Below are positions 6,985-10,034 of a stretch of DNA of 10,034 bases, one piece after another. The notes beneath the pieces were generated by a model, which saw nothing but the letters and a program-made list of their open reading frames with translations, was not told the DNA's origin and did not search any database. Every line of letters begins with the position of its first letter. Positions within the stretch are counted from its first letter, which is position 1. Position numbers and translations under genes: made by a program. Where the stretch lies: contig CAWJJC010000031.1 in assembly GCA_963843145.1 (NCBI GenBank), positions 1 to 10,034 on the forward strand, given 5' to 3'. This DNA comes from an uncultured delta proteobacterium. GTDB taxonomy: Bacteria; Desulfobacterota; RBG-13-43-22.

Positions 6985-8200
6985 TTAGGGTTTGCTGGGA
7001 GCGATCCCCTTCAGCTTCGCTTCGGAATCAATCAGGAAATTGGCGGAGGCGGCCACTTTTTCCCCGGGCTTCAATCCCTTGAGGATCTCCACCCATTTCT
7101 CGGCGCGGAGACCGGCGGTGACCTCCCGCGGTTCGAAGTTGCCTTCTCCCTTATCGACATAGACGATCTGCCGCGTCCCCGTGTCGATCACCGCATCCCC
7201 CGGAACAGCTAATCGCCGGCCCAAATTGATTTTCAACTCCACCTGGCCGAACATCTGCGGCTTCAGATTCCCCGGGGATTGGGCAGGGTAAACCGCGCCT
7301 TGGCGGTGCGGGCTTCCGCGGACATAGTGGGATAAATAAAATCAACGACCGCCGAAAATTCCCGGCCAGGAAAATAACTCAGACGGATCAGCGCCCGCTC
7401 ACCGACCTTGATTAAGGGGAGTTCACTCTCGTAAATATCCCCACCACCCAGACCGAGGATAGATCCACCACTTCAAACAACTTCTCCCCCGGCATGACCT
7501 TCATCCCCCGGACGGCCATTGTTGCATAACCTGACCGCTGACCGGGCTGTAGAGGGTCAGGGCCCGATCGGCTGTCCGGTCTCTTCGATCCGCCGGATCT
7601 GGGCCTCGGAGATATCCCAAAGACGGAGCCGCTGTCGGGCCGCCCCCAGGATAGCCTCGGCGTCCTGGCCCAAAGATCCCCGATTCCTCCTCCTTTAAGA
7701 GATTTCTTCCAGCGCAGTACATTCGTAAATTCCTGCCGGGTGGCCAGCAACTCGAGGCTGTAGATCTCCGCGACCGGCTGACCCTGTTTGACCGTATCCC
7801 CGGTGGCATTAATATAGAGTTTTTCAATCCAGCCTTCCACCTTGGATATTGATGTAGGCCTGTCTACGCTCATCGCTTTCAATCCGGCCTACGGTGCGAA
7901 TGGTTTTGGTCAGGGACTGCAGCCCCACGGCAGTGGTTTTCAGCCCGATGAGTTTTTGTTTATCCAGCGGGATCTCCACCGTGGGGGCGGCGACGAGGCC
8001 GGTTCCGGCTTGGCCGCCTGGGGGCCGCCGACGACGGCCTTTTCCCTCCGCGGGCGAATGCTGGTGGCCCTGAGCCCAGGCGGCAGTTAGACCGAGCAGG
8101 CCCTTATGATCAGAAAAGCCGACCCACCCCACCAAAAGCTGATACCAAAAATCACCGACGGAATAACGATCCAAAAGCGCGAGGATTTAGTTTTTTTCAT
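6985..8200 (-). CDS. cusB: CusB-like RND periplasmic adaptor (membrane fusion protein), multiply frameshifted in this sequence
   Basis: Colinear fragments in alternating frames: TVEIPLDKQKLIGLKT..RTVGRIESDER, KVEGWIEKLYINATGDTVKQGQPVAEIYSLEL, AARQRLRLWDISEAQI, LTLYSPVSG, PGEKLFEVVDLSSVWV, DIYESELPLIKVG..VDFIYPT, LKPQMFGQV..LAVPGDAVIDTG..FEPREV..SANFLIDSEAKL. Shifts near 8140, 7844, 7672, 7565, 7520, 7440 and 7272. Start is ATG 8200 or 8209. Confidence 0.88.
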
Positions 8201-8209
8201 TTTTTTCAT

Positions 8210-9534
8210 CCTGGGTTGAAACCTCGTTTTACCGGTCAAGGGCTCCAGGCGAGCAATGGCTTTTTCCCGCTCCACCAACTGACTCCAGTATAATAACTCG
8301 ATATCCAGTAGGGCTTTCCAGCGGCTGATGACCGTGATGGTTCCACCTTTCCGGTGATGTAACCCGATAAGGACAGTTGGATATCCTGACGGGCCTTGGG
8401 GAGCAATCCCTCCTGATAAAGTTTCATCAGGTTACCCGCCGACCGGATCAGGGAATCATTTTCCCGGAGGCTGGAGGCCTGCATTATTTCCGTGGCCAGC
8501 AACTCTTTCCGGGCCTGCCGCTTGGCGGCTTCGGCCTCCAAAACCCCTTGCCGCTGCTTATCCTTATAGAAGAGAGGGATATTGACCGTGGCCGTCAGGC
8601 TCCACATATCCTCATAAATACCGGACCGCTTGAAGAGATAGGCCCCCAGGGTAAAATCCGGGTAGTATTCCTTTGGGCCATTTTGACCTTGGCCTCCGTT
8701 CCGTCCAGCATCTCGGCCTTGGCTTTCAATTCCGGGGAATGGTCCTTGGCCTGCGGCAACAGATCATCCATGGAAAGGAGATAGGGGGTGGGAACGGGCT
8801 CGACCGGGCGGGCCAGCGGGCTGCGCACCTCCTGGCCGACGGCGGCATTGAGCATCCCCTCCGTGGCCCGGATTTTCTGGTTGGCCATCTCTTCCCGCTC
8901 CAGAAGCATGTACTTTTCGGTCTGAGCCATGACCACCTCCTGCTGGGAGGCCATGCCGCCGGCGTAGCGGGACAGGGCCGCTTCCTCCACCTGTCTCAGC
9001 AGGTCACCCTTATCCAGCAACAGATCGCGGGTTTTATAGGCCAGGAACAGATCGTAATAGAGTTCTTTGACTCTGCTGATCGTTTTCAAGCGCAGGGTCT
9101 GATGCCTGTTTTTCAGGCTCCCCGCCTCCCGGGCGGCCATCTCGGACTTCAATCCCCGCTTGCCGTAAAAAGGAAACATCTGAGAAACGGAAAACATCCA
9201 CTGGGCGCCCAGCGCCTCCCCGAAAGTGAAGCTCCCGTATCCCTCGTTCTGATAGCCCGTCATAAACATGGGATCCGGCAGGCTGCCGGCCTGGGGTATT
9301 TTATGGCTCGCGACCTCGACGCCGGCCGGGGATGCGCTCAACTCCGGATTGTTCCGGAGCGCTTCGGCGATCAAGTCCTTTAAGGAAAGGCCCTCGGCCC
9401 CTGGCTCCCGTGCTCCCGGAGGTCAGAAGAAGGCCCACCACGACTCCGCAAGTCCAGCGGACCCTCTTTCTCGGGGATAATGCCTTTTTCGCCCTGAGCT
9501 TCGCGCTCCGCGCTCCGCGCTTTTTAATTCGCAT
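8210..9534 (-). CDS. TolC-family outer-membrane efflux factor (CusC-like role), frameshifted; both ends approximate
   Basis: LSLKDLIAEALRNNPEL, AGSLPDPMF, SVSQMFPFYGKRGLK, VKELYYDL, KEYYPDFTLG, VNIPLFYKDKQ, EREKAIARLE. Shifts near 9400, 8673 and 8340. It lies directly upstream of cusB. Confidence 0.85.
9491..9525. repeat. Heptamer tandem repeat at the junction of the YtkA-like and TolC-like genes
   Basis: gccctga/gcttcgc/gctccgc/gctccgc/gcttttt; the core CGCGCTC occurs nearly three times at 9502-9521. Confidence 0.6.
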
Positions 9535-9913
9535 CCACATTAAACTTCACTCTTCTCACTTTATCGCCCTGGGTGATCTGGATGGTGGTATTCCAGCTTC
9601 CGGCCATGGATGGAGTCATCTTGACCTTGTAGACGGTGCCTTTCAACTCCGCGTCGGCCTTGTAAAACATGGCCGGCATCCCCGGCATGGCCGGCATCCC
9701 ATAGTCCAGTTTGACCTTGGCCGCGGTCACGTTCTTGCCGGCCGCATCCTTGATCTCGATGGTCACATTGTTCTCCCCCACCACCGGAGGGTTCTTGTCG
9801 ATTTTAACCAGAACGGTATAGTCCTCGGCCTTCTTGGCAATCTCATAGTCTTTGGCAAAGGCCAACCCAGTGGTCAGCAACAGGGTAATAAACAAGTAAA
9901 CTAATTTATTCAT
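9524..9913 (-). CDS. YtkA/FixH-like secreted protein with Met-rich motif (candidate periplasmic Cu chaperone)
   Basis: Signal peptide ending in AFA; PPVVGENNVTIEIKDAAGKNVTAAKVKLDYGMPAMPGMPAM...GTVY...SMAGSWNTTIQI fits the YtkA-like pattern; AAGGGGG RBS 7 nt upstream. Confidence 0.85.
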   Translation of the reverse strand: MNKLVYLFITLLLTTGLAFAKDYEIAKKAEDYTVLVKIDKNPPVVGENNVTIEIKDAAGKNVTAAKVKLDYGMPAMPGMPAMFYKADAELKGTVYKVKMTPSMAGSWNTTIQITQGDKVRRVKFNVDAN

Positions 9914-9941
9914 TAGGTATCCCCCTTTTCATAATTTTTAC

Positions 9942-9970
9942 ATTTTAAGTACTCCCAGGACCGCAAGCAA
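9942..9970 (-). promoter_or_regulatory. Candidate sigma-70-type promoter of the efflux operon
   Basis: On the minus strand: TTGCTT (9970-9965), 17 nt, TAAAAT (9947-9942), ending about 28 nt upstream of ATG 9913. The -35 match is weak. Confidence 0.4.
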
Positions 9971-10034
9971 GGAATTTTATTTTCTTAACAAGAAAACAAG
10001 CTATAATGTTCAAAAAGGTTCGGTCAGGCCGTTT

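Noticed and set aside
3615-9904. Long plus-strand and alternative-frame ORFs over the efflux operon (e.g. 4403..5113, 5792..6265, 6314..6748, 8673..9383, 9332..9904)
   Set aside because: They are antisense shadows of cusA, the TolC-like gene and the YtkA-like gene, with no independent domain evidence.
9979-10007. Plus-strand TATAAT at 10002-10007 as a divergent promoter
   Set aside because: No acceptable -35 at the proper spacing, and any downstream gene lies outside the window.
1-10034. CRISPR arrays, tRNA/rRNA genes, IS elements or integrases
   Set aside because: No repeat-spacer arrays, cloverleaf or rRNA-like segments, transposase ORFs or terminal repeats were seen.

Overview
A heavy-metal (most likely copper) homeostasis locus made of two convergent gene sets. 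Plus strand: a near-consensus sigma-54 promoter precedes an apparent four-gene operon. Its genes encode (i) an N-terminal HMA (MTCPAC) domain joined to a membrane domain with a MerT-like CCAH motif, split here by two apparent +1 frameshifts, (ii) a secreted protein with His motifs, (iii) a small SHOCT membrane protein and (iv) a short NfeD-like protein. A Met-rich diheme c-type cytochrome follows with its own sigma-70-like promoter. Minus strand: a YtkA/FixH-like Met-rich periplasmic protein, then a TolC/CusC-like outer-membrane factor, a CusB-like adaptor and an intact CusA-type Cu(I)/Ag(I) RND pump. The cusC-like and cusB-like genes carry about 10 single-base frameshifts, several in homopolymer runs. 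These look more like sequencing indels than decay, but the sequence alone cannot settle it. No RNA genes, CRISPR arrays or mobile elements were recognised. All family assignments come from motif recognition by eye, not from database searches.
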